The translations under genes were made by a program, and so were the position numbers. From positions 170,996,001 to 171,060,000 of the forward strand of contig NC_042997.1 of the NCBI RefSeq assembly GCF_006345805.1: a DNA stretch of 64,000 bases, given 5' to 3'. Each line of letters begins with the position of its first letter. Position 1 is the first letter of the stretch. The notes beneath the pieces were generated by a model, which had not been told where the DNA came from, made no database searches, and saw only the letters and a program-made list of their open reading frames with translations. Shown piece after piece: positions 38,047-51,762 of this stretch. The DNA is from Octopus sinensis (taxonomy: Eukaryota).

Positions 38047-40473
38047 CTGATGTAAAAGTGAAAAAAAGGTCAGCTGTGAAAACTTGATTACAGGTGTCAA
38101 ACCTTGAGTAACTATGATTATGGATTACTCTCAATACTTCCCAATACTTAATAACCAGTATTTCAAGTCAACAAGAAAGACTTGTTAGAAATAGAAACCA
38201 AAGCTTACTCTAAAGTGTTTATCAATATTGATTTCAAATTTTGGCACAAGGCCAGAAATTTCAAGGGAGGGTGGTAAGATGATTACATCAACCCCAGTGT
38301 TCAACTGGAACTTATTCTATCAACCCTAAAAGGATGAAAGATAAAGTCAAATTTGGGGGGGGAGGAAAGATCATGGTTTTGATAATAATGTCTGCTTGAT
38401 AAAAGCTGATTTGGATTTATGCAAATAACAGAAACAAGCAGTGCTTGTGCAGCTTTTAATCACACTCAAATATATCCATGGAATATCATATCTGAATGAC
38501 TTTGTAGCATGTGCAGCAAGTGGCAGTCACACGCATTCTTTTTATTCTTTTCTTAGCTTGCGATGTTAGCCTGTGGTCATGGTGGAGGAGCGTCACCTTC
38601 AATGATATAGTTGATTACATCAACTTACTTCATCAACCTAAGAGAAATGAGAGGCAAAGAAAAGAAGAACTGGGTGGAATTTTAAGGGATGTAACTAAAT
38701 ACCACAATTTTATTTTTGTTTTCGTCCAGCTCGCTACCAATTTCAATCATCTGCCCGCCATATGTATACTCTCAATAAAGGACACTTGAATTAATATAAG
38801 CTGGAGATAAACTGGATAACATACAAATTAACACAAGCTAAATAACATGCTTAGATCCTACGTACATCATTAGATAAGATCTATATTATTAGATAAGAGG
38901 TTCAAAACTCTTATCTGATTTTAACTCTCCAGTTTTGATGAGTATGTACTAAATTAAACGAATCCTGTGTGTCAAATTGACCTTATTTCCAAGGTTGCCC
39001 ATCTTCCTCTCTTTTGTTTCACAGTTTCTATATAATTCTCCCAAATGCATCTTATTACATTTTACTTTGACTGTCGACATTCTTCAAATATTTGTTTTAC
39101 ATGTTTACACAAGCGGGCCCCCCCACCCCTGTCATCTTTTATCTTTCCCCAATAAGAGGATAACAGAATGTAATCAGAATATTATTTCATTTTCTATTTT
39201 TATTATTATTTTTTTTTTGCATTACAAGATTCTTGATGTCAAACAGATGTTAAATATAGCGAGAATGTCATCAGCCAATACGAAACACACAACTAGTTTT
39301 AGTCCACTTGTTTTTATCATTGCTAACTAATTAACCAAATAATTAATCGATTGCTTGATAACACATTTGATCAATTAATCAATTAATCAGTTTGTTAGAA
39401 TTCTTTCATCACCATTTGTGACTTTGTCAATGCTGTGGCCTCATTAATCCAAGTTTGTCCTATTGTTGCCAAACATTGGGTCTCTTTCACTTTTTTTTCC
39501 TTCATCTGAAGAAGAACCTTTAACTCGAAACATTAGAATTAACACCTCCCCATTTTCTCTACCCGTACAAATTTTATAATATCTGTGAACCTTATTTACT
39601 GATGTCTGAAATTGCAGATTACCATTAATATATATTGGATTTAGCTTTTTACTGACTGTTTTTTTGACACTGCAGTTGATAGACAAAGAAAAATGTTCAG
39701 TTTACAGCAGGACAGCAACAACAGTTCAGTTTACAGCAGGACAGCAACAACAACTGTCCTCAAGGACATTCAAAAGTTCAATAAACTAGAACACCTATGA
39801 AAGTTCATCAACATTTGTTGTAGCAGCAGCAGTAGTAGTAGTGGTGGTGGTGATTAATCACTTTCCTGTTAAAATTTATCACTCAGTTTAAAGTAAACAA
39901 CAGACTAACATACAAAAGAATATAATAATTCCTACAGGACATTTCAAGTAAATAATTCTCTCTGAATAGATAGCTATCAAGCAGAAAGACACACCTCATC
40001 GAAACACTAAAAATATAATAAATAAATAAAGCAATCGTAACAAGAAAGCATTTGATTGTTGAAGAAATTGATGCATTTTGCTTCTACTCAATGCCCTTGT
40101 CATTTGCCTTTTATATCTGGTAATAAATATAAGAGCAACATGCCAATCCCAATCATAATATAATACAGCAAAAGGCTAATAGGTGTATAGAACAGAGTTA
40201 CCAATTATTATATTAGTTATTAGTATTATCAATAAGTCACTAAATCAGACTACAATGATTTGAAGAATAAAAAAGAATTTTTTTTTTTACTTCAGTCACA
40301 GTCGGAACTCATGCTATGATGGGGGATGGGCATTTGCTTTAAAGGGCTTTCAGTTCATAATCTCAGTACTTATTTTATTGATCTTTACTCATGGAAGATT
40401 AAAGTTACGTTTGATATGATGTGAAGGACTTAATCACAGCTGCAAATATATGACAGGCTACCACATTCTGCTC

Positions 40474-40739
40474 TTGGTACCTATTTCTTTATTACCCACA
40501 AGAGGCTAAACACAGAGAGGACAAACAAGGACAAATGGATTAAGTCGATTATATCAACCCCAGTGCATAACTGGTACTTATTTAATCGAGCCCGAAAGGA
40601 TGAGAGGTCAACTTTGCCTTTCATCCTTTCGGGGTCGATTAAATAAGTACCAGTTATGCACTGGGGTTGATATAATCGACTTAATCCTTTGTCCTCTCTG
40701 TGTTTAGCCTCTTGTGAGTAATAAAGAAATAGGTACCAA
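40474..40739. repeat. Palindrome formed by two inverted SINE B1 3' halves
   Basis: Arms of ~120-130 bp, loop of 17 nt or less (40604-20). Bounded by ttggtacc / ggtaccaa. Confidence 0.9.
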
Positions 40740-40778
40740 TCAACCTGCAGTGAGATTGAAACTTTAACGCACGCACTC

Positions 40779-40810
<32 letters not shown>

Positions 40811-41400
40811 CACATACACACACAAATATGCACACACATTTACATACTAAGATATCTGTGTGTCTTCATGTAAAACTGTAATTATTAACAATTTCGTAAT
40901 TGCAATAATGATTTTTTTTCTTCTGTTTTTGTTTGTTTCTGTTTTAAAATAACATGGTTCGTTTGGTGCCAGGCATTTGCAGTGAACAACAAAACAGGAA
41001 ATTGTCTAACTCATGGGTTTTGCAAGGCTATTAGTAATATAAGAGAAGCAAATCCAACATGAAGCTGAAATGGTATCTTGCAAATTACCAGGTAAATAAC
41101 TTATTGCTACATCGCAGCAACACTCATGTAATAATAAAGATATAATGATGTTTAAAATAGTCACAATCCCGTCTCCACTTCCCTACAGATTTTTAAAGAA
41201 AGATGTGTAGTTGATTATACACAACCCCAGGACTTCTCAACCACACGAAGGATGAAAGATAAATTTGGACCCAGCAGGATATAAACTAAGAACACAAAGT
41301 GTGTGTGTGTGTATGACTATCGCATACATTTTCCACAATTCTCAACTGATTTTCACCAAACTTTACACACCCATCACTTAGATTCCAAGGATGGTCATAC

Positions 41401-41497
41401 GCTAGACATTTGCCCAGATCTCCCATGTAATGGTAGTTTGTCCTCTGCTGTACACTCTACAAATTCTATTGCTTGATCACTTTGCAACGGGGACATG
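41401..41497 (-). CDS. Candidate internal exon (97 nt, phase 2-0)
   Basis: Acceptor cctacctatgtag, donor gtatga. Frame MSPLQSDQAIEFVECTAEDKLPLHGRSGQMSS is phase-compatible with 45504-45590. The donor side abuts a repeat-like segment, so this is tentative. Confidence 0.3.
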
Positions 41498-42681
41498 CTA
41501 CATAGGTAGGCAAGGTAGACAGTGCCTACCTTGAATAAAATAGATACATAGTAACATTTTCCTCTCATGGCAAAATATGCACCTAATTCAATAAGATAAT
41601 GAAGATTAGTCTGATTACTATGCATAAAATGCAAAATGTTTTATTTTTTGTAGATTAGGTAGGCATAATTCACCCCTGCTTTTCAATCTCAGTATTTAAG
41701 CTACACATAGTACTGCTGTAGTACACATGCAGCGTACACTTCTACAACACAGTTTTTTTTACATGCTATAAAGGCAGAAGTAGATCTGCCTTCAACTTAG
41801 TTGCATGCCCGTGTTTTGCTTATTTTTTGTGTGTTTTATTACATAAAGGTCACCAACTGCCTACCCTGAGTAGTGTCTGCTTTGCCATAATAAAAATATG
41901 ACAACAAAAGCCATAATGCCTACTTCTATAAGCCCACAAAAAAGCCCCTACAGTTAGGGATTCTGAATTTTTATAACATACACGATTGTCATCACTATCA
42001 CACAATATCCATTTTTCCATGCATGCACAAATCAGATGGAATTTATCAAAGCAGATTTTTGACATCCAAAATATCTCTCCTGTCACCAACCCACACTTAT
42101 TTCAAAACAAGGTAATGTTTTCCCATAGGCAGATACATCTATATTTTTTTTTCGACATTAGAGTGAAATTGAACATGCTTACAACCATTACAAGAGGTCA
42201 AGACAAAGGTACACACAAGTACACAGTCACATAAACACACACACACACAAATATCAATTGCCTTTTTTTTTTGCCTGTCAAAACTTTGGTGAGCCTGGGG
42301 TGAAAATAGAAGACACTTGCCTATGGTGCCTTGCAGTGGGACTGACTCAAGTCCATATGGTTGAGATGTAAGCTTCTCAGCTACAGAGAGAGAGAGAGAG
42401 AGAGAGAGAAACAGACACACAGACAAAGAGGGAAATATGAGTGGAGTAGAGAATGAGGATGTAATAGAATGACGGAGAGAATGCATACATGAGTATATGT
42501 AAAATGTAAAGACAAAGGCCACAGTGCTTTCAAAAATCGTTACCAAGAATTCATGTGAGATATAGAAATAGTTAAGTGACTATTTCAAAAGCTTTTTTAA
42601 AAAAGTGACTAATTTCGATTTTGCTAACTGATGCACATATAGATTACTGATGGTAAAGTAATGAGTTTACAAGTCTGTCTG

Positions 42682-42922
42682 TCTATCTATCTTTCTATAT
42701 ATATATATAATACATATCGATTGACAAATACACACACATACACATATATATAAATGTAATACATACATAGATACATATGATAGACAGATAGATAGATAGA
42801 TATAGATAGACAGACAGACAGGTAGATAGATAGATATAGATAGACAGACAGGTACATAGATAGATAGATAGATAGATAGATATAAACAGACAGACAGACA
42901 GATAGATAGATAATAGATAGAT
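42682..42922. repeat. Compound (TA)/(CA)/(GATA)/(GACA) microsatellite
   Basis: Directly visible. Confidence 0.95.
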
Positions 42923-45503
42923 AATCCATAGCATGTTCTAAATGAATAGAACATAAAACAAGTTCCATTCAATAAGAATTAGGGAGTAAGATTGTTGGAT
43001 CTGCTGAAAAATTAACAAAATCTCATTGAGATTTCACTCTAAAGGGCAGAAAAACAGGTCAGATAACGAAGACCAAGATACACTATATCCCCAAAATATG
43101 AAATTGACAGCCATGGCAAAAACATTTTTGATCTTCAATAGATCTGCTAAATCTTAAGCTAAACAATAACTATGAATTAGAGCATAAGAACATTTCTCAT
43201 CTACCCTTTTATAAAAGCATTTTATACTGTAATGCACAAATTTTAAAAACATGAAATTTACTTCTTTTATATTCCAAAGGTTGATTATAGATTTTTTTTC
43301 TATACTTTTCCTTTAAGTTTTTTCTTTATTCTTAGAAAAGAAGTTCAGTTCATGGGGAAAAAAATTATTGCTTATCAATGGTTATTAGTAAAGATGTCTG
43401 GAAAGAGAGAAAGCAAATCTCAGCAGAAAATCAATAACCCATGACTGCTTGCTCACTGGTTCTGCTTAATGAACAGGAACGAGAACCACTTATTATTAAA
43501 GCAGGCAACTAACTAACAGTAAACCACGATGAAGTTTATTGTAGAGACAGACGCTGAAGTACTTAGGATTTTATGTAACTCTGCGCTTATTGCAACAGGT
43601 GAAAGAAAAATGCTGATAACAGATGTCACCTTGATTTAGGGTTAGGGTCGTGAGATGAATAAGAATTAAGTGTCTTGAGTGTTTTCCACAAACTTAGTTT
43701 TAGATGGTCTAGAAGAGGAAACATACAGTGAAAGGAAAGAAAACAGTAAAAGAAGCTTTCATATCTGCAATTGCTATTAACAAAATAAGCTAAATTGTAT
43801 GAGTTAGTAAGGTTATTACACAGATATGTGTGTATGGTTTTGTTACAAACAGAAGATAGAATACTCAGTTTTATGTTGTGTGTCTAAAGTGAATCACTAA
43901 ATAATTCATTTACCTTTGTGTTACCATATTTTTATTGAAATATACTGCTTTTGTTTCAACTAATTTTGAAAACAATGAAGAATTTATTATAATAATTTTG
44001 TCATTATTAAGATGGAGATAAGAACACAAATTAACACAGAATTCTGTGAGAGAGTTTTAACTTGAATCACTTTAAAACAGCAAAGTTTTATAATAGAAAC
44101 AGAAGTGGTCTCAGACAGGTTGCTATCAAAAGGGTTAATATGTATAACTTTATCAACATCTGCAGCACAAGGCCCAGTCTTTGTTGCAGTGTGGCTCCTT
44201 CTAAGACCTGGGAGAGGAAGGCCTTCTGTCAGGGATAACATACAAAAGGGAAGGACAGTTATAGGTAGCAGAGGAAATGAAGAAAACAAGAATCCAACCA
44301 GAAAGAAGTGGAAAAGACAGCCCAGAATCGAGAACAGGGGGGTGGGGTCAAGTATGCTCCATAGGGAGTGTAAGGACACAGAAAAGTAGTATCCTCATCG
44401 TTATCTAAAAAAAATTTTTTTTCCACATGGAAATGACTTGGCTGATAGTTTCCTGTCACTTGAAAAGGTTCTTATCCATTCAGCATGCTCTGTACATTTT
44501 CTCTAATTAGTTTCAATTTTCTTCATGACTACTAAGAGCAAATATCATCACACACATGTACAAACTATGTGTGTGTATATATAAAATGTTTTTCTGTCCT
44601 AGACTATTTTGATTCACAGGTCAAAATAAACAGGTGTTATTTTCTTTTTTCTATTTTCCCATAAGTAATTTCATGCTTTTCTCTTTTTTTTTTCCGTTAC
44701 TTTGTGTAACTTCTATATTTATTTGTTTACTGAAGCAATAAAAGTGTCTGACTGCACCTACTTTACAAATGAACAGAATAGTAAAAATAGAGAAAGAAAA
44801 ACAAAATAATCCATAAAAGTCAATAAAAGTCAATCAAAAATTTGCTTAACTAATGATGATGAGAAGAAACTTGAGATGAAGATCTGATTGGTTTATTGGA
44901 ATTGTTACGTTTTTTCAAAAAAAAAAAAAATCAGTATTATAAAAATTAATAAAAGCAGAAAAAGCTTTTTTTTTAAGAACAAAAATGTGAAAGATATTGA
45001 ATTTCTGCTCATAAATTAGGAGGTTCAGCTTATATAGTAAGTTAAGTTATTCTTTTGTTATTTGGATGTTACGGTGACAGAAGCAAACTTGTTACACTGC
45101 CGTTTTGAAATATTTAGACCATAACACATAAATAAAAACCAGAACCTGAAGAAACTAGGATAGTCTGTGTTGGTAAAAATTATTAAAAGTAAGTTAATGA
45201 ATATGAATAAATTTATATGGTCTGTAAACTCTAATGTTGCAAGCAGGTCCCTTCCTTTTTGAAAGAGGAAAAAGAAAACTTTTAGTTTCCGTTTTTTTTA
45301 AAACTCTCCATAAGAGCTCTGCCTCAAATAAATGTTAAAATGTTAGAATTTGTGTTTTCACCAAAACATACAAAATTGTTGCGTTTTGTGAATTGTAATT
45401 AAACAAATACAGTTACCATAAAAAAAAAAAACTTAAGCAATTTATATTGCTGAAAAAGATGCAGAAAAATGGAACCCCTTGATGACTGTGGTGGTTTCAT
45501 AAC

Positions 45504-45590
45504 CTGTCCCTTGGAGAGTATACTCTGTAGTGAATTCCCAATTGCCTATTGCTATTCCTAGAGGGATTTAATCTAGTTCTTTCCTGGGAG
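45504..45590 (-). CDS. Candidate second coding exon (87 nt, phase 2-2)
   Basis: Acceptor atgtttcattag, donor AG|gttatg. Open frame SQERTRLNPSRNSNRQLGIHYRVYSPRD. Phase matches the preceding exon across a ~150-nt intron. Confidence 0.5.
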
Positions 45591-45738
45591 CTAATGAAAC
45601 ATTTGTGTCTTGATTATGAGTGAGCACAGAGCTAGAAGAGAGAGTATGCATATTTTTTTTTCTTATTGCTAACAGCTATGACTGAACTCCGAGTTAAAAG
45701 CTGAAAAAGAAAAGATAAACAAAAATGTGTTAACTGAC

Positions 45739-45983
45739 CTTTTGGCACTGGGACTGAGTCCTTTGTGATATTTTAAGACCTTGTAATCTTTGCTGTCATT
45801 TTTGTTAGAATCTCCATTACATGACCTAGCACTGCTTTGAGTAAGAGCAGAAGTGCCAGCTCCAGAAGCTACCGCTCCTGAAGTAGTAACTCCATTAGTA
45901 GTACGGCTTGTGGTACTGCCAGATGCACGCCGTTGACTGGTAGGTTGGCTACTGGCATGACTAGAGCTGGACCGGCTAGCCAT
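45739..45983 (-). CDS. First coding exon of an unidentified minus-strand gene (Ser/Thr/Gly-rich, likely disordered N-terminus, 81 codons + 2 nt)
   Basis: Non-repetitive ORF MASRSSSSHASSQPTSQRR...KYHKGLSPSAK. Start context acaATGG (A at -3, G at +4) with an in-frame TAG upstream. Acceptor tttctatttacag places the exon start at 46047 (64-nt 5'UTR part). Donor AAAAG|gtcagt at 45739; the ORF tail beyond it is intronic. Confidence 0.75.
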
Positions 45984-46232
45984 TGTATTTAAATAAAGTG
46001 TGAACTAGAAAAAAGATAAACCTTGACGATAATAATCCCAGGGAAACCTGTAAATAGAAAATGAATATTTATAATAAATAGATCAACATAACAATGAATT
46101 CATCATATAATAAATAAAACAACTAGAAATCAATGAAAAGATTGAAGAATGACCCATGATAGCAAATAGCTGACTGAACACAAAAAAATTTGTCATGTTA
46201 AGTGAGCTGAAGAGAGAGTTAGCATCCCCAGT

Positions 46233-46586
46233 GGAAACCTATTCTTCTTGTCTTGAGACAGAATTCACCTGGGATGGGTTGAGCTGACTTCATTCATCCT
46301 CGATGCTGTATCTCTCATAAACGCCAACCAGACCTGGCAATTTGAGGCTAACGACTGTGTGATCTCCAACCACTCCTTATTCCAGCGGCGAATGTTGTAG
46401 ATATGGGGGCCTAGGTTGGGTTCCAGATCAGCCTTGACTGTCATCAGCCAGGTTTTTCGTTGTCCACCACATCGCTTTCGCCAACCCTGAAGGGAAGCTC
46501 GGGCAATTGCTTCATAGATGAATCCTCCTGGTTGACGACAGAGGGCATGACCCAGCCAACACAGACGTCTCGTTAGGAGGAAACCT
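46233..46586 (-). mobile_element. 5'-truncated RTE-clade LINE, 3' end of the ORF
   Basis: Uninterrupted frame 46585-46265: ...TRRLCWLGHALCRQPGG...GWRKRCGGQRKTWLMTVKADLE...RRWNKEWLEI...STHPR*. Typical RTE C-terminal motifs (RRLRWLGH, GGQRKTW). Flanked by the direct repeat ggaaacct. Confidence 0.85.
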
Positions 46587-47954
46587 TTACTTGAAGTTAT
46601 TCTCTAATCTTCTTAAATAAATTATTCCAAGAAGAGGATACAGTGCTCAAAGCCTTAGATTGCTATCGTTGCCTTAACTCCAAGATAACCTTAATTTAAC
46701 AGGTTATTATCAAATATAGTTACAGCTATTTCACACCGTTATTTTAGTCCTAATTTTTTTCAGGCGACAGTTATTCAGTGTAGCACCCTATTTATTTCTA
46801 TGAGAGTAGGTGTGATTTGATAGACAGATGTGGCTCCTGGTTCTTACCAGATGTCTTCCTGCAATGTTCAATACAGTTGGTATTCAGCTTGAATAATCTA
46901 AAGTTTATGTCTGCAGGAGAAGGATCTATCTGTAAGGAAGGATTTAGTTTAAGATGACAAGACTTCTGGGGAGAAAAGACTGGGCAAGGAAAAATTTAAT
47001 ATAGGCACAAACATGGATGTGTTGTTAAGAAACATTGAAGCTACATGGTTTCAGGTTCAGTCCCACAATGTGACACCTTGGGTAAATATCTTTTGCTATC
47101 AATCCTGTTTGAGAAAATTTGTCTACCAAATTTAAGCCCATCATACATACGTACGTACATGTATGATGTATGTATGTATATGTGTCCTTGTGTTTATTCC
47201 ACCCCACCCACCATTTGACAACTGGTATAGATTTGTTTATGTTCCTTGTAACTTAACAGTCCAGCAAAGAGACTGATAAACTAGAATAAGTACCAAACTT
47301 TAAAAAAAATAAACAGTGGTGAATATGTTCAACTAAACCCTTTAAAGTGATGCTCCAGCATGGCCCTAGACTGATAGCTGTAGCAAGTAAATGAAAAAGG
47401 GGAGAGTTTGGTGGAAAATAAAGTAGTTATGATAAGAATAAATGAGTGTATTTGATATTATGCAGCTTGTTAAATTGGAGAAGCAACAAACGTAATTGTA
47501 GTACAAGTAAGTAGGGAAGGATAAGCTATGCAACAGGCTAGTGGATAAAGTGTATGGGTGAATGGAAGTTTGTGTACTGATCGATTGGATGGCTTTTATT
47601 GGATTTAGTTTGTTGATTCTGTCATCTACCTGATGTGAATAATTACATCTTTCATCTAATTACTGTAAGCTATATTCTTGTATATCAGATTCAATAACCA
47701 CGAATTACACTGTAATAAACAAGCAAAATAGGAAATTAAAGAGCTGATCAAATTTAAGTTTAAAGTTTTCTTTGCATGCAGGCATGGCTGTGTTATAAAA
47801 GAAACTTGTTTCCCAACCATGTGGTCTTGGGTTCAATCCCACTGCACAGCACTTTAGGCAAGTTACTTCCAGACTCAGGCCAAACAAAGCCCTGTGAGTG
47901 GATCTGGTAGAGAGAAACTTAAAGGCCATGATATATATGCACATAAATACATAC

Positions 47955-47985
<31 letters not shown>

Positions 47986-49519
47986 TATATATATATATAC
48001 ACATATGTGTGTGTGTGTAACAGACGTTAAATGATGATGATGTATCATCATCATCATTTAACGTCCACTTTCCATGCTGGCATGGGTTAGATGGTTTGAC
48101 TGGAACTGGTAAGCTAGAGAGCTGCACCAGGTTCCAGTCTGATTTAGCGTAGTTTCTACAGCTGGATGCCCTTCCTATTGCCAACCACTCCAAGAGTGTA
48201 ATGGGAGCTTTTAATGGGCCACCATCATGACTATGGTTTCAGTTGGTTTATATATGTGTATGTGTGTGTGTACCACTGTGTTAGTTTGTTCACATCCCTG
48301 TAACTGAGTTAAACAAAAAGAGACAGAATGAGTACCAGGCTTAAAAATAAGTACTGGGGTCAGTCAGTTTTGTTAGACCTGTCATGTTGGTACTCCAGCA
48401 TGGTCACAGTCCAAAGACTGAAACAAATAAGATATAAAAGATAAGCCATTAAACTTCAAGTTCAACTAGAAATATTTTAAGAAGAATATATCAAAATAAA
48501 TCGTTGTATCCTGTTTTGTTCAGAGTTTACTCTGTTGTAAGTTCAAACGTGTGACTGCTATCATTTGAAGTTAACGACAGTTGCTGTAATTCAAACCACG
48601 AACAAAATTCCTAAGTATATAAGTTGAATAGCAGGAAGTTATCTAAATCAGCATGTAACTCATGTGGGCTAATACTAATAACGATTTCTATAGACCATAG
48701 CAAACACATTTTGAAAAGAAAGAGAGAGAGAGAGGGGGGGAGAGAGAGGGAGAGAGAGTAGGCAGTCAATTGAATCTCCACAGAAACTTCCGAAGTACTT
48801 ACGGATGAAAGGAGCTGTCAACTTCAACAGAATAAGAAAACACCAATGAAATTTCAGAGCAATAGCAAATTAGAAATAAAAAAAAAAAGAGAAAACAGTA
48901 TCCTCTATAGTTTTTCTATTGCTATTGTTCTAGAAATGTTCACAAAATGAAGTAATCAACACTCACAGAAGGTCACTAACCTGGGGGAAGAGGGAGAGAA
49001 ATTCAATTGTCTCTGCCACCAGCACATTTGGTACTTAATGTATGAGGAGAGACCAAAGACTACAACTACTACTACCACCACCACCATCACAACTACTACT
49101 ACTAATAATAATAATTTTCAAGGAGAGGGGCTTAGTCAGTTAAATTGATCCCAGTGCCCAACTGGTTCTTATTTTATCAGGGCCACAAAAAGAACCAGAA
49201 AAATTATTGCAAGGTATCCCCATCCAATATTTTAATGGTTCTGCCAAGACTTGACACTTTATCATCCCACCCTTCTGCCAGAAGAATGAATGACATAGTT
49301 GATCATGGCAGGATTTGAAATTGGAGCAAGAATAGAATAGAGTAAGGCATTTTTGCTTGACACTCTAATAGCACAAAGTGCCATTGTAGAATAGAGTGTG
49401 TAGTGTGCATGTCTGATACCTGGTGATGGAATCTTCGCTAATCAATTAAATAGCCAGAAATAATAATAATAATAATAATTTTTTCTTCTCTTTTTTCACG
49501 TCGTATATATGTATATATG

Positions 49520-49859
49520 TGTGTGTGTGTGTGTTTGTGTGTCTGTGTTTGTCCCCCTAGCATTGCTTGACAACCGATGCTGGTGTGTTTATATCCCCGT
49601 TACTTAGCGGTTCAGCAAAAAAGACCGATAAAATAAGTACTGGGCTTACAATAGAATAAGTCCCGGGGTCGAGTTGCTCGATTAAAGGCGGTGCTCCAGT
49701 ATGGCCGCAGTCAAAATGACTGAAACAAGTAAAAGAGTAAAGAGTAAATGCTATATAATGCAGTCCAACCCATACCAGCATGGAAAAAAAATAGATAAGA
49801 AAGATGATGATGATAAAAGAAACAGAAATGTAAGATATAAAAAAGCCACATATACATAC

Positions 49860-49890
<31 letters not shown>

Positions 49891-50830
49891 CCAGTGCATG
49901 TACATATACATATATACAGACTTGCACTAACTAATGTAGCTAAACATCAAGCCAAAAATTTTGAATATACTTCTTGATGCAAAAGTTGCAAGTTGGAAGA
50001 AGCAAGCTCTTCTGTATATTTAATGAAGGCTTTTAGTTAGGAAAAATAGCAACAGGTTATCTAGTCTTCCTATAAATATTCCGAGTGCTGATAGATGACA
50101 AGTGAAAGCAGCCAATGCTATAATAATGGTGACAAAGATTTCATGAACTGGCAAATAAATACTCTATGGATTAAAATGTCAGTATTCCATAGGAAAATTG
50201 CAAAATGAAAATAGCCTTTGAGAAGAAGGAAAACAAAAGGCAGAAGAGGTGAGGGAAGTAAAATAGAATAATGTACAGGTAATTTTCGAAGAATTTCCTT
50301 CTTAGACAGGAGAGGAAACTAACAATTGTGCTGTGAACACATTTAACAATTCATTGGGAGAGCTTTTATGTGATCACTTGACTTTCTGGAAATAGCAGCC
50401 AAATCTCTCTCAAATCATATTCAACTGTTGTAAAAATATAATAGAACAACACATTGACAATGTAGTTTTAAATATACAGTAGGATGGTACATATGGCACT
50501 TTGTGTTGATGGCACCACAATATTCTGAAAACTAGAAACAAGAAAATCAAATCTGAATAACAATAACATAGTATATATATATATATATGTATGTATGTGT
50601 GTGTATGTGTTTGTGTGTCTGTGTTTGTCCCCCTAACATTGCTTGACAACCGATGCTGGCTGGTATATTTACGTCCCCGTCACTTAGCGGTTCGGCAAAA
50701 GAGACCGATAGAATAAGTACTGGGCTTACAAATAATAAGTCCCGGGGTCGATTTGCTCGACTAAAGGCGGTGCTCCAGCATGGCCGCAGTCAAATGACTG
50801 AAACAAGTAAAAGAGTAAAAGAGAAAGAGT
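49520..50830 (+). mobile_element. Two SINE A 3' halves (49520-49748, 50600-50830); an inverted copy lies at 52625-52921
   Basis: Near-consensus, CpG-retaining tails ending gactgaaacaagtaaaagagtaaa. Confidence 0.8.
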
Positions 50831-51762
50831 AAATAGTCTGTAATAAAAACGTTGCCAGAAAAGTAATCTTGTTCTAGATGAAATGGATCTAATGGTTCCA
50901 TAGTATAACCATAACCATACTAGTTTAGGGAATCACACTCAACTAATTCATTATTACCATCATCATCATTATCATTACTAAGGTGATGAGCTGGCAGAAT
51001 CATTGGCAAGTCAGACAAAATGTGTAACAGCATTTCTTCCAGCTTTTAGATTGTGAGTTCAAATTCTGAAGTCAACTTTGTCTTTCATCTTTCCAGGATT
51101 GAAATAAGTACCAGTTAAGCACTGGGGTTGATATAATTGACTACCCCCATCCAAATTTCAAGCCTTGTATCTATAGTAGAAAGGATTATTATTATCATTA
51201 TTAGAATTATCATTTAACCACTGGCCTCAGACAGATGTGTATGATTAAACTTCTGCAGGGAAGATGTGGTGCATGTATGAGATCAAGAACACTGTACTTC
51301 TGGGGAAAAAAAACAACAACAACAAAGGAATAAGTCCAGTGTTTTAGCTTGTGATGTGGAAAGTAAGATAAAGTAGATATAACAGCAAGAGGAACAGTGA
51401 GGTCATCAGGAGGGTAGAGTGATCCACTGGAAAAACATTAGTTAAGGTGAAAGAGTACAAAGGGTGGAGAAAATAACTTGACACCGAACTTAATCTGTCT
51501 GTGCTTGAAGGACCTCTGTGTGTATGTACTGGGACGAAACACTTGAAAACAAGTGTTGGTGTGGCAAGAAGACTAATAATTACTGAGGTCAATTTGTTCA
51601 AGTGAAACTCATCAAGGCAACACCCCAATCACTGAACTGAACAAGTAATAGATAGATACAGGATAAAAGATTGTGGACTGCATTATTATTAAAATAAAAA
51701 AAATATTCAATAACAAATCTTAGAGCGAGTTATAAACAGTAGCTGCAACACATTGTGACGTA

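Noticed and set aside
39444-39686. 80-aa minus ORF with several splice-like sites
   Set aside because: There are multiple mutually incompatible exon readings and none stands out.
43987-44389. Opposing ORFs of 130 and 94 aa
   Set aside because: The reading frame and splice sites are ambiguous. The plus frame (RPGRGRP...) may be an old RTE C-terminal remnant, but the evidence is too weak.
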